From: an uncultured Gammaproteobacteria bacterium
GTDB lineage: Bacteria > Patescibacteriota > Microgenomatia > UBA10105 > UBA927
Length of the DNA: 64,000 bases
Reading direction: 5' to 3'
Assembly: GCA_964596355.1 (NCBI GenBank)
Contig: CAZQTD010000001.1
Coordinates: 68,446 to 132,445, forward strand
Below are positions 19,639-29,437 of this stretch, piece after piece. Below the pieces are notes generated by a model. That model saw only the letters and a program-made list of their open reading frames with translations, did no database searches and had not been told where the DNA came from. Position numbers and translations under genes: made by a program. How positions within the stretch are numbered: position 1 is the first letter of the stretch; the number at the start of each line of letters is the position of its first letter.

Positions 19639-21918
19639 CTATAGTCGAATGCGCTTAAGCCGTAAAGAGTTGGTGACGACAGAAATGCTGCTTGCGGCCA
19701 TGGCGAAAGCGGCGAGCGCGGGATTCAAAAGCCAGCCGGTTAACGGGTAAAGGATGCCCATGGCCACAGGGATAAGGATGACATTGTAGCCAAACGCCCA
19801 CAAGAGATTTTGCTTGATAATAGACAGCGTTGCACGCGACAACCTGATAGTGGATACAACATTCTGCAGATTATTTGTAAGAAGCGTTACACCCGCAGAT
19901 TCAATGGCAACGTCGGTGCCAGTTCCCATCGCAATGCCCACGTCTGCGGCAGCAAGCGCCGGCGCGTCGTTAATGCCGTCGCCGATAAAGGCAACGACCG
20001 AGCGACGAGAGGGAAGAGGGTAAATCGTTCGATTAGAGGGAGAAGGAGGACTCGTTTTTAGTTGTGCAATTATTTTTGCTTTGTCTTTCGGCAGGACGCC
20101 TGCAAGGACGTTGTCAATGCCTGCCTGCTTGGCAACGGCGCGCGCCGTCCGTTCGTTATCTCCGGTAATCATCCAGACGGCGATTCCCAGACGCTTCAGG
20201 TTTGTTATCGTATCCCTCGCTTCTTTTTTCAGCGTGTCGGCGGCGGCAATTACCCCGATGGGTCTTTGTGCGTCAGCAAGAACCATCACGGTTTTTCCTT
20301 GTTTTTCAAGATCGCCAAACGGTTTGCTGGGTTTGCCAAAAACGTACTTCTTGCCGTCGATGGTTCCAGATACGCCGCGGCCCGGAATTGCTTGAAATCC
20401 TTCGACGGTTTTTAGACCAAGCTGTTTGTGTCGCGCGGCATTCACGACGGCTTCTGCGAGAGAATGCTCACTGCCTTGTTCGAGGGAGGCGGCGAGCGAC
20501 AAAATGGATCGAGGGGATAGGGAAGATGCTTGCGACAGGGGGATAACATCCGTTACCGTGGGTTTTCCTACGGTAAGTGTGCCGGTTTTATCAAAGACCG
20601 CTACGGTTAGCCTATGTGCAATTTCTAGACTCTCCGCGTTTTTAATGAGGATCCCGTGCGCGGCGCCTTTTCCAATGCCGACAATAATTGCTGTGGGGGT
20701 CGCAAGCCCCAGCGCGCACGGGCAGGCGATAATAAGGACGGCAACGAAGTTGGTGAATGCAGGTGGAAACGATCGTAGATCATACCAGACCACAAAGGTG
20801 GCAACAGCAAGCATAAGCACGATGGGGGTAAAGTAGCCGGACACAACATCAGCCAGCCGCTGGATGGAAGCTCGGGAACCTTGAGCCTCGGACACCATCC
20901 GCACAATCTGCGCAAGCAGGGTGTCGCTGCCAACGTTGGTAGCGCGAAACAGGAAGGTACCGGTTTTATTTATCGTTGCTCCGATGACCCTGTCGCCCTT
21001 TTTCTTATCAACGGGAATTGACTCGCCCGTAACCATGGATTCGTCTATTGAGCTGGTTCCCGATATGATTACCCCATCCACAGGTATCTTTTCCCCCGGA
21101 CGAACCCGCATGATGTTTCCGACCTGAATTTGATCGACGGGAACGTCTTTCTCATCGAATTCAATGCCACTGGTAAATTGTTGCACTGTTAAATTGTTGC
21201 ACTGTTTGTCTTGTAAAACGCGCGCGGTTTTTGCCTGCAGATGCAGGAGTTTTTTGATTGCGTCACTGGTGTGGGATGTAGCTTTAGCTTCAAGGTAGCG
21301 GCCCAAAAGAATGAGCGTGATGATAATCGCCGCGGTATCGTAATACATGACATGTGGTAGTCCCCATGAAGCGAGAGACTGTGCAAAAAACGTTGTCAAC
21401 ACGGAAAAGCCGTACGCCGCCGTCGTGCCTATGGCAATGAGCGTATCCATGCTGGCAGTGCGATTGTTGAGTCCTGACCACGCAGCTTGATAAAACCTCC
21501 AGCCTGCCCAGAATTGCACCGGCGTAGCTAACGCAAGGAGAAATAAGGGGGCGTTAAGAATTTTGGGGACAAACGGAAACCATTCGGGGAAGCTTCCCAA
21601 CAATACCAGCGCGCTTACGATGCCGGAAAGAAGGACTTTGGTTTTCAAATCAGCCAATTCTTTTTTCTGCGCTTCCTGCTTAAGTTCATCAGGGGATTTT
21701 CCGGCGTCTCCAGTTGTGATCGCGTTATAGCCAAGATTCTTAATTGCGTCGCCTAAGGCTTGAAGGCTGGTTAACGATGGGTTAAACGAAACAGACGCCT
21801 GTTGGCTGCCGTAGTTGACCGAAGCGTCCACGACCCCCGGAGTTTTTTTAAGCTTCCTTTCAATGAGCGTTGCGCAGCTTGCGCAGTGCATGCCGACGAT
21901 GGGGAAGGAGGCGTTCAT
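19639..21918 (-). CDS. copA: Copper-exporting P1B-type ATPase
   Basis: [46 protein letters not shown]. Confidence 0.96.
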   Translation of the reverse strand: MNASFPIVGMHCASCATLIERKLKKTPGVVDASVNYGSQQASVSFNPSLTSLQALGDAIKNLGYNAITTGDAGKSPDELKQEAQKKELADLKTKVLLSGIVSALVLLGSFPEWFPFVPKILNAPLFLLALATPVQFWAGWRFYQAAWSGLNNRTASMDTLIAIGTTAAYGFSVLTTFFAQSLASWGLPHVMYYDTAAIIITLILLGRYLEAKATSHTSDAIKKLLHLQAKTARVLQDKQCNNLTVQQFTSGIEFDEKDVPVDQIQVGNIMRVRPGEKIPVDGVIISGTSSIDESMVTGESIPVDKKKGDRVIGATINKTGTFLFRATNVGSDTLLAQIVRMVSEAQGSRASIQRLADVVSGYFTPIVLMLAVATFVVWYDLRSFPPAFTNFVAVLIIACPCALGLATPTAIIVGIGKGAAHGILIKNAESLEIAHRLTVAVFDKTGTLTVGKPTVTDVIPLSQASSLSPRSILSLAASLEQGSEHSLAEAVVNAARHKQLGLKTVEGFQAIPGRGVSGTIDGKKYVFGKPSKPFGDLEKQGKTVMVLADAQRPIGVIAAADTLKKEARDTITNLKRLGIAVWMITGDNERTARAVAKQAGIDNVLAGVLPKDKAKIIAQLKTSPPSPSNRTIYPLPSRRSVVAFIGDGINDAPALAAADVGIAMGTGTDVAIESAGVTLLTNNLQNVVSTIRLSRATLSIIKQNLLWAFGYNVILIPVAMGILYPLTGWLLNPALAAFAMAASSISVVTNSLRLKRIRL

Positions 21919-21919
21919 A

Positions 21920-22000
21920 TCACACGTTTTTGCCCAAGAAGAACCAGTAGATTGCGGCTATAGAGAGTATCCCTATGATGGTAACGATACATTTATCCAT
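21920..22000 (-). CDS. 26-aa membrane peptide resembling the CupA N-terminal anchor
   Basis: [26 protein letters not shown], with its stop 1 nt before the copA ATG. Confidence 0.55.
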   Translation of the reverse strand: MDKCIVTIIGILSIAAIYWFFLGKNV

Positions 22001-22037
22001 GTTCTATTGCTAAATTGTTAATAAAACTTCAATAATT

Positions 22038-22316
22038 TTATTGTTTTTCCATTACTTTCATAACTTCTTCGATAACCTCTTTTTCGTTGCCCTTGCGGAT
22101 TTCCTCGGCGACACAGGTTTCCAGATGGTTTTTAAGGATCGCCTCATTGATGGCTTTCAATGATGCTTGAACCGCCATGGACTGATGGATGATGTCAATG
22201 CAATAACTGTCAGTTTCTACCATCGCAAGGACTCGGCTAAGGTGTCCTTGGGCGATTTTGAGCCTATGGATGAGTGAATGCTTGATTGAATGATCTCTGG
22301 GAACTCCTTTTGGCAC
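22038..22316 (-). CDS. csoR: CsoR/RcnR family metal-sensing repressor
   Basis: RLKIAQGH, YCIDIIHQ, NHLETCV (C-H-C Cu ligands); RBS AAGGAG. Confidence 0.9.
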   Translation of the reverse strand: MPKGVPRDHSIKHSLIHRLKIAQGHLSRVLAMVETDSYCIDIIHQSMAVQASLKAINEAILKNHLETCVAEEIRKGNEKEVIEEVMKVMEKQ

Positions 22317-22327
22317 AAGCTTTCTCC

Positions 22328-22358
22328 TTGACTTCTATCCCCCCATAGGGGATATAAT
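22328..22358 (+). promoter_or_regulatory. Promoter with CsoR-type G/C-tract operator
   Basis: TTGACT-19 bp-TATAAT; dyad TATCCCC-CCATA-GGGGATA (22336-22354) between divergent Cu genes. Confidence 0.75.
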
Positions 22359-22402
22359 CATACTACGGAGTTTGACAACAGTTGTCAAGCGGCCGTTTCG
22401 TT

Positions 22403-23434
22403 ATGCAGTTCGTTTGGTTGGCGCTTTTGACGGGTCTGACAACTGGTGGGTTATCGTGTCTGGCTGTGCAGGGAGGACTTTTGGCTGCGTCGGTTACAAA
22501 TAATCCGGGCGATCCGGAAGACAAGGGAGTCAAGGGAGAGGGCAGATGGATCAGAGTCGGCATGTTCCTCGCGGCGAAGCTGGTGGTCTATACCGTCTTG
22601 GGGTTTTTCCTTGGGCTTGCAGGGTCAACCCTTGTTCTTTCGCCAAAAACATTGGGATTGGTTCAGATCGCCGTCGGACTTTTTATGCTTGCGACTGCCG
22701 CGCGGATTATTGAGCTTCACGGGGTATTTCGTTACGTCGTCATCCAGCCGCCGCGATGGGCATACCGATTGCTGAAAACGAAAAGCCGCGACGCATCGTG
22801 GTTTGCGCCTGCTGCTTTAGGCGCTCTCACCATCCTCATTCCCTGCGGCGTCACGCAAACGACGATGGCTGTGGCGGTAGCGAGCGCCAGTCCATTGATG
22901 GGAGCCGCAATTATGTTTGCGTTTGTGTTGGGCACGAGCCCGATTTTTTTTGCGTTGGGTGCGGCAGTCGTCGAGCTTCTGAAGCGGAAGGCATTTTCCT
23001 ACGCCGCCGCGGCGGTCGTACTGGTCTTTGGCCTTATGTCCGTGAATGGGGGACTGGGCCTAATGGGATCGTTCTATACGCTGCAGAATTTGTATGCCAT
23101 TGCGATGACGCCGGCGGATACGCTTGTCCAAGGAGGGGGAGCTATTGCCGAAGTAAACAGCCAAGGAATGCAGGAGGTAATTATCAATGTGACAGATAGA
23201 GGATACGCGGCATCAGCCACAACGCTCAAAGCGGGTGTCCCTGTGCGGCTCATCCTTCGAACTAATAATACGAGAGGATGCTCGCGGGCATTCACGCTAC
23301 CGGAATTCGGCATATCCAAAGTGCTGCCCCAGTCGGGGAGTGAGACAATCGAATTTACGCCGACACGGGTTGGGAGGCTTGCGTATTCCTGCAGCATGGG
23401 GATGTACACGGGGCAATTTACTGTCATAAATTGA
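22403..23434 (+). CDS. DsbD_2/TauE-like membrane protein fused to a C-terminal cupredoxin domain
   Basis: SCLAVQGG and LIPCG TM motifs; GC...YSCSMGMY CupA-like domain. Confidence 0.85.
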   Translation: MQFVWLALLTGLTTGGLSCLAVQGGLLAASVTNNPGDPEDKGVKGEGRWIRVGMFLAAKLVVYTVLGFFLGLAGSTLVLSPKTLGLVQIAVGLFMLATAARIIELHGVFRYVVIQPPRWAYRLLKTKSRDASWFAPAALGALTILIPCGVTQTTMAVAVASASPLMGAAIMFAFVLGTSPIFFALGAAVVELLKRKAFSYAAAAVVLVFGLMSVNGGLGLMGSFYTLQNLYAIAMTPADTLVQGGGAIAEVNSQGMQEVIINVTDRGYAASATTLKAGVPVRLILRTNNTRGCSRAFTLPEFGISKVLPQSGSETIEFTPTRVGRLAYSCSMGMYTGQFTVIN

Positions 23435-23474
23435 ATAAACGAAATCAAATAAGCAAAGAAGCGAATGGAAACGT

Positions 23475-23693
23475 ATGACAAAGAAAACATATAAAGTGGA
23501 CGGCATGCATTGCAATAGTTGCGCGACCATGATCGAATTGGATCTCGAAGACGCAGGGATCACAGCAAGTTGCAGCTACGCCAAGCAGACGTTAGCGGTG
23601 GAGTTTGACGAGAAAAAAATAACGGAAGATGTCATTCGCGCCGTTGTTTCAGATGCCGGTTACACGCTTCACGAACAGGCAAGCACAGCGTGA
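23475..23693 (+). CDS. copZ: Heavy-metal-associated (HMA) copper chaperone
   Basis: GMHCNSC motif, AGY C-terminus, 72 aa. Confidence 0.85.
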   Translation: MTKKTYKVDGMHCNSCATMIELDLEDAGITASCSYAKQTLAVEFDEKKITEDVIRAVVSDAGYTLHEQASTA

Positions 23694-23835
23694 GACATCT
23701 CACGCATTTGTCATGGTCATATCAGGCATTGGCGACAGATATGAACCGACTATCCGGAGATGAGCTTGATATACACGGCGCTTGCTGCGGTCCGCAGGCC
23801 TCATCCCAAGCATCAATAACAGCAATCACGGCGTC

Positions 23836-25227
23836 TCATTTTCGCTTAAAGACTGCCTGATTGTCCGTCAAAAACACCGCTTCGTACAAGGGATCGCGCA
23901 GAAGTTTTGCCCGCAGAAACGTTAACCGTTCATAGTCTTGCGGAAAGAAATTATTGGGGTTTTGGCCGGTTCTAAGGTCAAAAACGACGTAGTCCGGCAT
24001 GTACCCTGTGTAATCTCTTCGGAAAAGCCAGACAGTCTGGTGGCTGAAGCGGGCAGCAAGATTGTTTTGCGTCATGACGGTGGCTCTCGCCGGCACGCGG
24101 CCAACGACATCATCGAGAAATCTAAAATTCTTGGTATGGCGGTAAAACGCCGGATTGTAGGAAAGAGCAAGCGGGCCCCGCAGGCGGTAGTGCAGGAATG
24201 CGGAAACAAAAAGAAGTGTTGCGCCGATGAGCCACGCGTGGCGAACACCCCGTTTCCACCACTTCAGAATCCAGCGCAGGGAATAGAGGCTTGAGACGGC
24301 AAGAAGTGGGGCAAGCTGTGCGCTGTAATGAAGCCCCAGTCCCCATCGAATGGTTGACTGCGGCAGAAAAAATCGCGACGCGAGATCCTGAAGGATGGCG
24401 GGGTAAAGCGGCGGAAACCCAAGCGGCAGAAAAAGAAAGCTTCCAAATGAAACGAAGAGGGTGTTTCGTTTGATCGGGTCATCGACAAAGCCGGCAAGGA
24501 AAGAGGCGGGATTTATTGGAATCGTTGGAACATACTGCGACGCTCTGCCGGCAAAATAAGGGAGGAGGAGCGTATTGGCGATAAAACCCCACAATAGCGA
24601 AAGCGCTATTGTGGGGAGTGCAATTGCACGCCATGATTTCTGCGTCAACCACAGAAACAGTCCGATGCTTGCTCCCAGAAGAAACATGTTTTCCTTGATT
24701 CCCAGACAGAGGATAAGGAAAATAAAAAATCGCCGCTTCCAGCCTTTGGCAATCGCATAAAAAAGTACAATCAAAGGGAGCGTGAGGATTGTCGTTTCAT
24801 GGAAGTCGGAAATAATGGCATTCTGAATGCCTATAAACAACGCATACGCAATCGCGTTAGCGAACGCAAGGAAACGGTTGTTGAGCAGTTGAATGCCCAG
24901 ACGGTAGAGAACAGGTACGCTGGAAGCGACAATCACGGCTTGAGCAATGAGGATAATTTCGCTTCGGCTCGTTATCCAATACAACGGAGAAAGAAGGAAG
25001 ATCGTGGGACTGATGTGGTCGGCGAATATGACCTTGCCGCCCACAGCCAAGTGGTCAATAACAGGCGCCGCAAAGCGCGAAACACGCCATATGGCTCCAT
25101 CAAAAATGCCAAAGTCATAGTAAAAAACATCGTACTGCCAGAAGCGGTGGAGAGAAACCAAGGAGCCGGCGAATCCGTAGAGCGCGGTAAAAAGAATCGC
25201 GAGAAGATCAAAGACGTTTTTGCGCAT
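23836..25227 (-). CDS. DUF2079 membrane protein (GT-C-like)
   Basis: YDFGIFD, DH.SP, DFHE, KE, HYSA motifs; start reassigned to MRKNVF. Confidence 0.8.
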   Translation of the reverse strand: MRKNVFDLLAILFTALYGFAGSLVSLHRFWQYDVFYYDFGIFDGAIWRVSRFAAPVIDHLAVGGKVIFADHISPTIFLLSPLYWITSRSEIILIAQAVIVASSVPVLYRLGIQLLNNRFLAFANAIAYALFIGIQNAIISDFHETTILTLPLIVLFYAIAKGWKRRFFIFLILCLGIKENMFLLGASIGLFLWLTQKSWRAIALPTIALSLLWGFIANTLLLPYFAGRASQYVPTIPINPASFLAGFVDDPIKRNTLFVSFGSFLFLPLGFPPLYPAILQDLASRFFLPQSTIRWGLGLHYSAQLAPLLAVSSLYSLRWILKWWKRGVRHAWLIGATLLFVSAFLHYRLRGPLALSYNPAFYRHTKNFRFLDDVVGRVPARATVMTQNNLAARFSHQTVWLFRRDYTGYMPDYVVFDLRTGQNPNNFFPQDYERLTFLRAKLLRDPLYEAVFLTDNQAVFKRK

Positions 25228-25324
25228 GATGCAATTGTAATGAAACGTCATGGTATTATGAAGAGAGGACTTGTAGAATTTATCGTTGAATGATAGAGTG
25301 ATAATTCTTAAAAGGAGGGTACTT

Positions 25325-25648
25325 ATGGCAGGCATTACGATAACCGATGCAAATTTTGATAGCGAAGTGTTGACATCGGATAAACCGGTGCTCGTGGACT
25401 TTTGGGCTGCGTGGTGCGGGCCGTGCCAGATGCAGGGGCCGATTATTGAAGAGGTCGCAAAAAGCATCGGGTCCAAAGCGAAGGTTGGCAAACTCAATGT
25501 TGATGAAAATCCGGTCGTAGCCCAGAAATACGGCATCATGAGCATTCCGACCTTGATGATTTTTAAGGGAGGCACGGTGGTCAAACAGCTTATCGGTGTG
25601 CAGAGCAAAGAAACCTTGCTCCGTGAGTTAAATACATTGCTTAGTTAA
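25325..25648 (+). CDS. trxA: Thioredoxin
   Basis: DFWAAWCGPC, SIPTL; RBS AGGAGG. Confidence 0.96.
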   Translation: MAGITITDANFDSEVLTSDKPVLVDFWAAWCGPCQMQGPIIEEVAKSIGSKAKVGKLNVDENPVVAQKYGIMSIPTLMIFKGGTVVKQLIGVQSKETLLRELNTLLS

Positions 25649-25668
25649 CTCCCGATCACAAAAGCTCA

Positions 25669-26631
25669 ATGAGCACGCAACAGTACGATATTATCATTCT
25701 CGGGTCGGGGCCTGCCGGGCTTACAGCAGCGCTCTATGCGTCGCGAGCGCTTCTGGCAACTGTCGTTATCACCGGTGCGGAACCCGGGGGGCAGTTGACA
25801 ACGACCACGGAAGTTGAAAATTACCCAGGATTTCCCAACGGAATCATGGGGCCGCAATTAATGGCGGACATGAAAACACAGGTTGAGAAGTTTGGGACGC
25901 ACATAAAACAGCATCGAGTATCGAGCATCGAGTATCGAAACAACACAAGAACATTTGCCGCAAAGGGTGACGGCGCTGAATTTGAGGGACGTTCGGTCAT
26001 TATCGCAATCGGCGCGTCTGCACAGTACTTAGGATTGCCCAGCGAAGATCGACTGAAAGGCAAGGGCGTTTCTGCGTGCGCCACCTGCGACGGCTTTTTC
26101 TTTCGGGGGAAAGACGTTGTGGTTATAGGAGGCGGCGATACGGCGATGGAAGAGGCGATATTTCTTACCGCGTTTGCCACGAAGGTCACGATTATTCACA
26201 GGAGGGACGAGTTCCGCGCAAGCCCGATTATGCGCAAGCGCGCGCAAGAGAATCCAAAGATTGCATTTCGCACCAATAGCGTGGTAGAAGAAATACTTGG
26301 AGACACCGCGGTATCGGGTGTTCGGCTTAAGGACACAAAAACCGGCACAACATCAGAGGTTAAAACGCAGGGCGTGTTTTTGGCTATCGGGCATAAACCC
26401 AATACGGAATTTCTCAAGGGGTTCGTCGCGCTTGATGAACGGGGATATATTCAGCTTATTCGGCCCGCGAGCGCTCGTGAAGCACAAACACGAACCAGCG
26501 TGCCGGGCGTTTTTGCCGCAGGGGACTGCGTTGACCCCCGATACCGTCAGGCCGTGGTGGCCGCCGGCATGGGCTGCATGGCGGCAATGGATGCGCAGAA
26601 ATGGCTTGAAGACAAAGGGATGAATAGCTGA
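25669..26631 (+). CDS. trxB: Thioredoxin-disulfide reductase
   Basis: GSGPAG, GGQL, ENYPGF, CATCD, GGGDTAMEEA, HRRDEFRA, FAAGD. Confidence 0.96.
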   Translation: MSTQQYDIIILGSGPAGLTAALYASRALLATVVITGAEPGGQLTTTTEVENYPGFPNGIMGPQLMADMKTQVEKFGTHIKQHRVSSIEYRNNTRTFAAKGDGAEFEGRSVIIAIGASAQYLGLPSEDRLKGKGVSACATCDGFFFRGKDVVVIGGGDTAMEEAIFLTAFATKVTIIHRRDEFRASPIMRKRAQENPKIAFRTNSVVEEILGDTAVSGVRLKDTKTGTTSEVKTQGVFLAIGHKPNTEFLKGFVALDERGYIQLIRPASAREAQTRTSVPGVFAAGDCVDPRYRQAVVAAGMGCMAAMDAQKWLEDKGMNS

Positions 26632-26640
26632 AAGGCCTTT

Positions 26641-27369
26641 ATGGGCATGCAGTTTACGAAGCCGCAACACTATAAAGCTGTTATAGAAAAAAAGGAGCAG
26701 TTGACGAATGACGTTATTCTCGTGACGTTTGCGCTTCTTGAACCTTCCACAATTTCCTTCATTGCCGGCCAGACGATCATGCTTAACGTTGCTCCGGGAA
26801 TTAACCGCGCTATGTCGATTGCGTCACCGCCAAGCGACACCGGGCATATCCTCATGCTTCACGATATACGCCCCGGCGGCCCGGGAAGCCAGTGGACGAT
26901 TAATCATAAAGAGGGCGATGAGGCGTCATTTATTGCGCCGCTTGGAATGTTTGTCATGAATGCCGAGAGTAGCCGAAAAAAAGTGTTTGTAGCAACCGGC
27001 ACCGGTGTCGCGCCGTTTCACGCGATGCTTCTGGAGTATCTTCCTAAAGGTCAGACCGATGAAGTAACGCTTTACTGGGGGTTGCGGTATGAAGCGGATA
27101 TCTACTGGAAAGACGAATTTGAACAACTCGCCAAGCGGTATACATATTTTCACTTTGTCCTGACGCTTTCCAAGCCATCTGATAGGTGGCAGGAGTCCGC
27201 AAGCCAGCGGAGGGGTCATGTGACGGATCACGTCGTGCAAAACGAGCAAAATGTTAAGGGCTGCGAGTTTTACCTGTGCGGCAATCAGATGATGATCAAA
27301 GAAATGGAACATCAGCTGCTCACTGCGGGCGTGTCTTCTGAGCAAATACGCAAAGACCCGTACTTCTAA
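26641..27369 (+). CDS. FNR-family FAD/NAD(P)-binding oxidoreductase
   Basis: RAMSIAS, GPGS, ATGTGVAPF, YLCG motifs. Confidence 0.88.
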   Translation: MGMQFTKPQHYKAVIEKKEQLTNDVILVTFALLEPSTISFIAGQTIMLNVAPGINRAMSIASPPSDTGHILMLHDIRPGGPGSQWTINHKEGDEASFIAPLGMFVMNAESSRKKVFVATGTGVAPFHAMLLEYLPKGQTDEVTLYWGLRYEADIYWKDEFEQLAKRYTYFHFVLTLSKPSDRWQESASQRRGHVTDHVVQNEQNVKGCEFYLCGNQMMIKEMEHQLLTAGVSSEQIRKDPYF

Positions 27370-27453
27370 TAGTGTCCATGACGTGCTTGAGAATTGTCAA
27401 ACTGCAGCGCTTGCAAAATCAGAGAATTCTCCTATACTACGAAGTGTACGCGT

Positions 27454-28857
27454 ATGAACCACACAAATCCGTTTGACAGTGCGATGATCCAGCTTGAAAC
27501 CGCCTCGCGCTTGCTGGAGGCAAGCGACAAGAGAAAAGCGATGCGCAAAATAAAGCAACAATTGGAAATTTTCAGGCAGCCGCAGCGAATTCTCAACGTA
27601 ACGATCCCGGTCGCGATGGATGACGGGAATATCAGGATATTTCAAGGATATCGCGTGCAGTACAACAACGCGCTGGGGCCGTATAAAGGGGGCATCCGTT
27701 TTCATCCGCAGGTTTCCATGGATGAAGTGAAGGCGCTTGCGTTTTGGATGGCGATGAAGTGTGCGGTTGCCGATCTTCCTTTAGGCGGCGGCAAAGGCGG
27801 CGTTATTGTAGACCCCAAAACGCTTTCAGCGCGTGAATTGGAGCTTTTGAGCCGCGGCTACGTTCGCGCGATAGCCGACTGCATCGGCCCGGATAAGGAC
27901 GTTCCTGCGCCCGATGTTAATACCAATGGGATCATCATGGGATGGATGGTGGACGAGTATATTAACGCAGCAGGGAGAAAGCATCAGATATCAAGCGAAG
28001 AGAAAGAGAAGCTGCGAGCGACGTTTACCGGAAAACTCATGAAAGACGGCGGGAGCGAGGGCAGGGAAGAGGCAACAGGGAAAGGGGGAGTATATGTTTT
28101 GGAAGCAGTGCTTAGCAAAATGAAATCCAAAATCCTAAATCCACAATACAAAACAAATTCAAATGGTAAAAGAGTCAATAACCACAGAAGTTTAGAATTG
28201 AGGGCTTTGCATGTTGATTTTCCGCAGCCGCTCACGGTTGCGGTGCAGGGTTTTGGGAATGTGGGATACAACGCGGCGAAATTTTTGGATGAAGCAGGAT
28301 TTAATGTTGTTGCCGTGTCCGACAGCAAGGGCGGCATTTACGTGCCGGATGGCATAAATCCGGCGTTGACGCTTGAATGCAAGCGGAAAAATGGAACGCT
28401 TGCCGGATGTTATTGCACGGGGTCGGTATGCGATGTGAAAAAGGGCAGATACATCAGCAATGATGAAGTATTGGAGTTGCCGGTGGATGTCTTGGTGCCT
28501 GCGGCGCTTGAGAACGTCATTACGAAAGACAATGCGCCGAAGATTAAAGCAACGATTGTGTTAGAGATGGCCAATGGCCCCACAACGCCGGAAGCGGACA
28601 GGATCCTTTACAAGCGCGGAATCACGGTTATTCCCGATATCCTCGCAAACAGCGGCGGCGTGACGGTATCGTGCTTTGAATGGGAGCAGAATTTGAAAGG
28701 CGAGCATTGGAGCAAAGATGAGGTAAACAAAAAGTTAAGAAAAAAGATGGAGGCGGCGACGGATGCCATCTGGAAAACTTCCAATAAGCTCAAAACCGAC
28801 CTTCGCACCGCGGCATTCGTCGTTGCGCTTAGGAGAATTATGACGAGAATGGAATAA
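27454..28857 (+). CDS. gdhA: Glutamate dehydrogenase
   Basis: GPYKGGIRF, GGGKGG, DVPAPDVNT, QGFGNVG, EMANGP, PDILANSGGVTVS. Confidence 0.94.
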   Translation: MNHTNPFDSAMIQLETASRLLEASDKRKAMRKIKQQLEIFRQPQRILNVTIPVAMDDGNIRIFQGYRVQYNNALGPYKGGIRFHPQVSMDEVKALAFWMAMKCAVADLPLGGGKGGVIVDPKTLSARELELLSRGYVRAIADCIGPDKDVPAPDVNTNGIIMGWMVDEYINAAGRKHQISSEEKEKLRATFTGKLMKDGGSEGREEATGKGGVYVLEAVLSKMKSKILNPQYKTNSNGKRVNNHRSLELRALHVDFPQPLTVAVQGFGNVGYNAAKFLDEAGFNVVAVSDSKGGIYVPDGINPALTLECKRKNGTLAGCYCTGSVCDVKKGRYISNDEVLELPVDVLVPAALENVITKDNAPKIKATIVLEMANGPTTPEADRILYKRGITVIPDILANSGGVTVSCFEWEQNLKGEHWSKDEVNKKLRKKMEAATDAIWKTSNKLKTDLRTAAFVVALRRIMTRME

Positions 28858-28859
28858 CG

Positions 28860-28922
28860 GAATTCCAAGGGGTGTGAACACTGTTCACTCCGGGGGTGAA
28901 CTAGCTAGACACCGTCGGGATG
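28860..28922. repeat. Cluster of three short CACC/CACT...GGTG-type palindromic units
   Basis: ATTCCAAGGGGTG, TCACTCCGGGGGTGAA, ACACCGTCGGGATGA after the gdhA stop. Confidence 0.45.
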
Positions 28923-28961
28923 AAGGACGAAGGTGCCTTTCCCATATTTGCCCCGTAGCTC

Positions 28962-28991
28962 TTGACAACGTTCGCAGGAGCGGGGTACAAT
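28962..28991 (+). promoter_or_regulatory. Sigma70 promoter
   Basis: TTGACA-18 bp-TACAAT. Confidence 0.75.
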
Positions 28992-28997
28992 ACATTT

Positions 28998-29159
28998 TTG
29001 CCTTATGATGCAGGGCAACTGATGCGACGTGTTTCACCACACTCCATCCTTTTCATGAGAACCAACACGATACAAAACCTACCAAACCGCTTGGACCGTT
29101 TGCGTATGTAGAGAGTGTTGTTTCTCTGTTGAAAGCCCCGCATGAGGCGGGGTTTATTT
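28998..29159 (+). ncRNA. Candidate structured small RNA or rrn leader
   Basis: Promoter upstream, stems TTGCCTT/AGGGCAA and GAGAACCAACAC/GTGTTGTTTCTC, terminator AAAGCCCCGC-ATGA-GGCGGGGTTTATTT. Confidence 0.4.
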
Positions 29160-29287
29160 GTTCGTCCTGAACCTTACTATCATTGGAATGAAGCTGATAC
29201 AGCTACATCAAGGGGACCGTTCGCGCACTATGGCTACTTGCTTCTGTCAACAATGTAGCGTTTTAGCGCCGTGCCAATGTGCTTATT

Positions 29288-29360
29288 GGGCCCGAAGTTT
29301 AGCTGGTTGAACGCTTCATTTGCAATGAAGAGGCAGGCGGTTCGACTCCGCCCGGGTCCA
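29288..29360 (+). tRNA. tRNA-Ala(TGC)
   Basis: Cloverleaf GGGCCCG/CGGGTCC with G3:U70, anticodon arm CTTCA-TTTGCAA-TGAAG, TTCGA; no encoded CCA. Confidence 0.9.
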
Positions 29361-29370
29361 CTTAAAATAC

Positions 29371-29437
29371 TTGTTATATTGCTACATTGCTGCATTGTTG
29401 GAAAACAATGCAGCCATTTGACAATGTAACAATTGAG
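29371..29437. repeat. Inverted pair of degenerate 8-bp tandem arrays
   Basis: GTTATATT GCTACATT GCTGCATT GTTG / AACAATGC AGCCATTT GACAATGT AACAATTG. Confidence 0.75.

Noticed and set aside
23689-23706. CRP-like box CGTGA-N6-TCACG
   Set aside because: It overlaps the copZ stop between convergent genes, so it is more likely a terminator-type hairpin than a promoter site.
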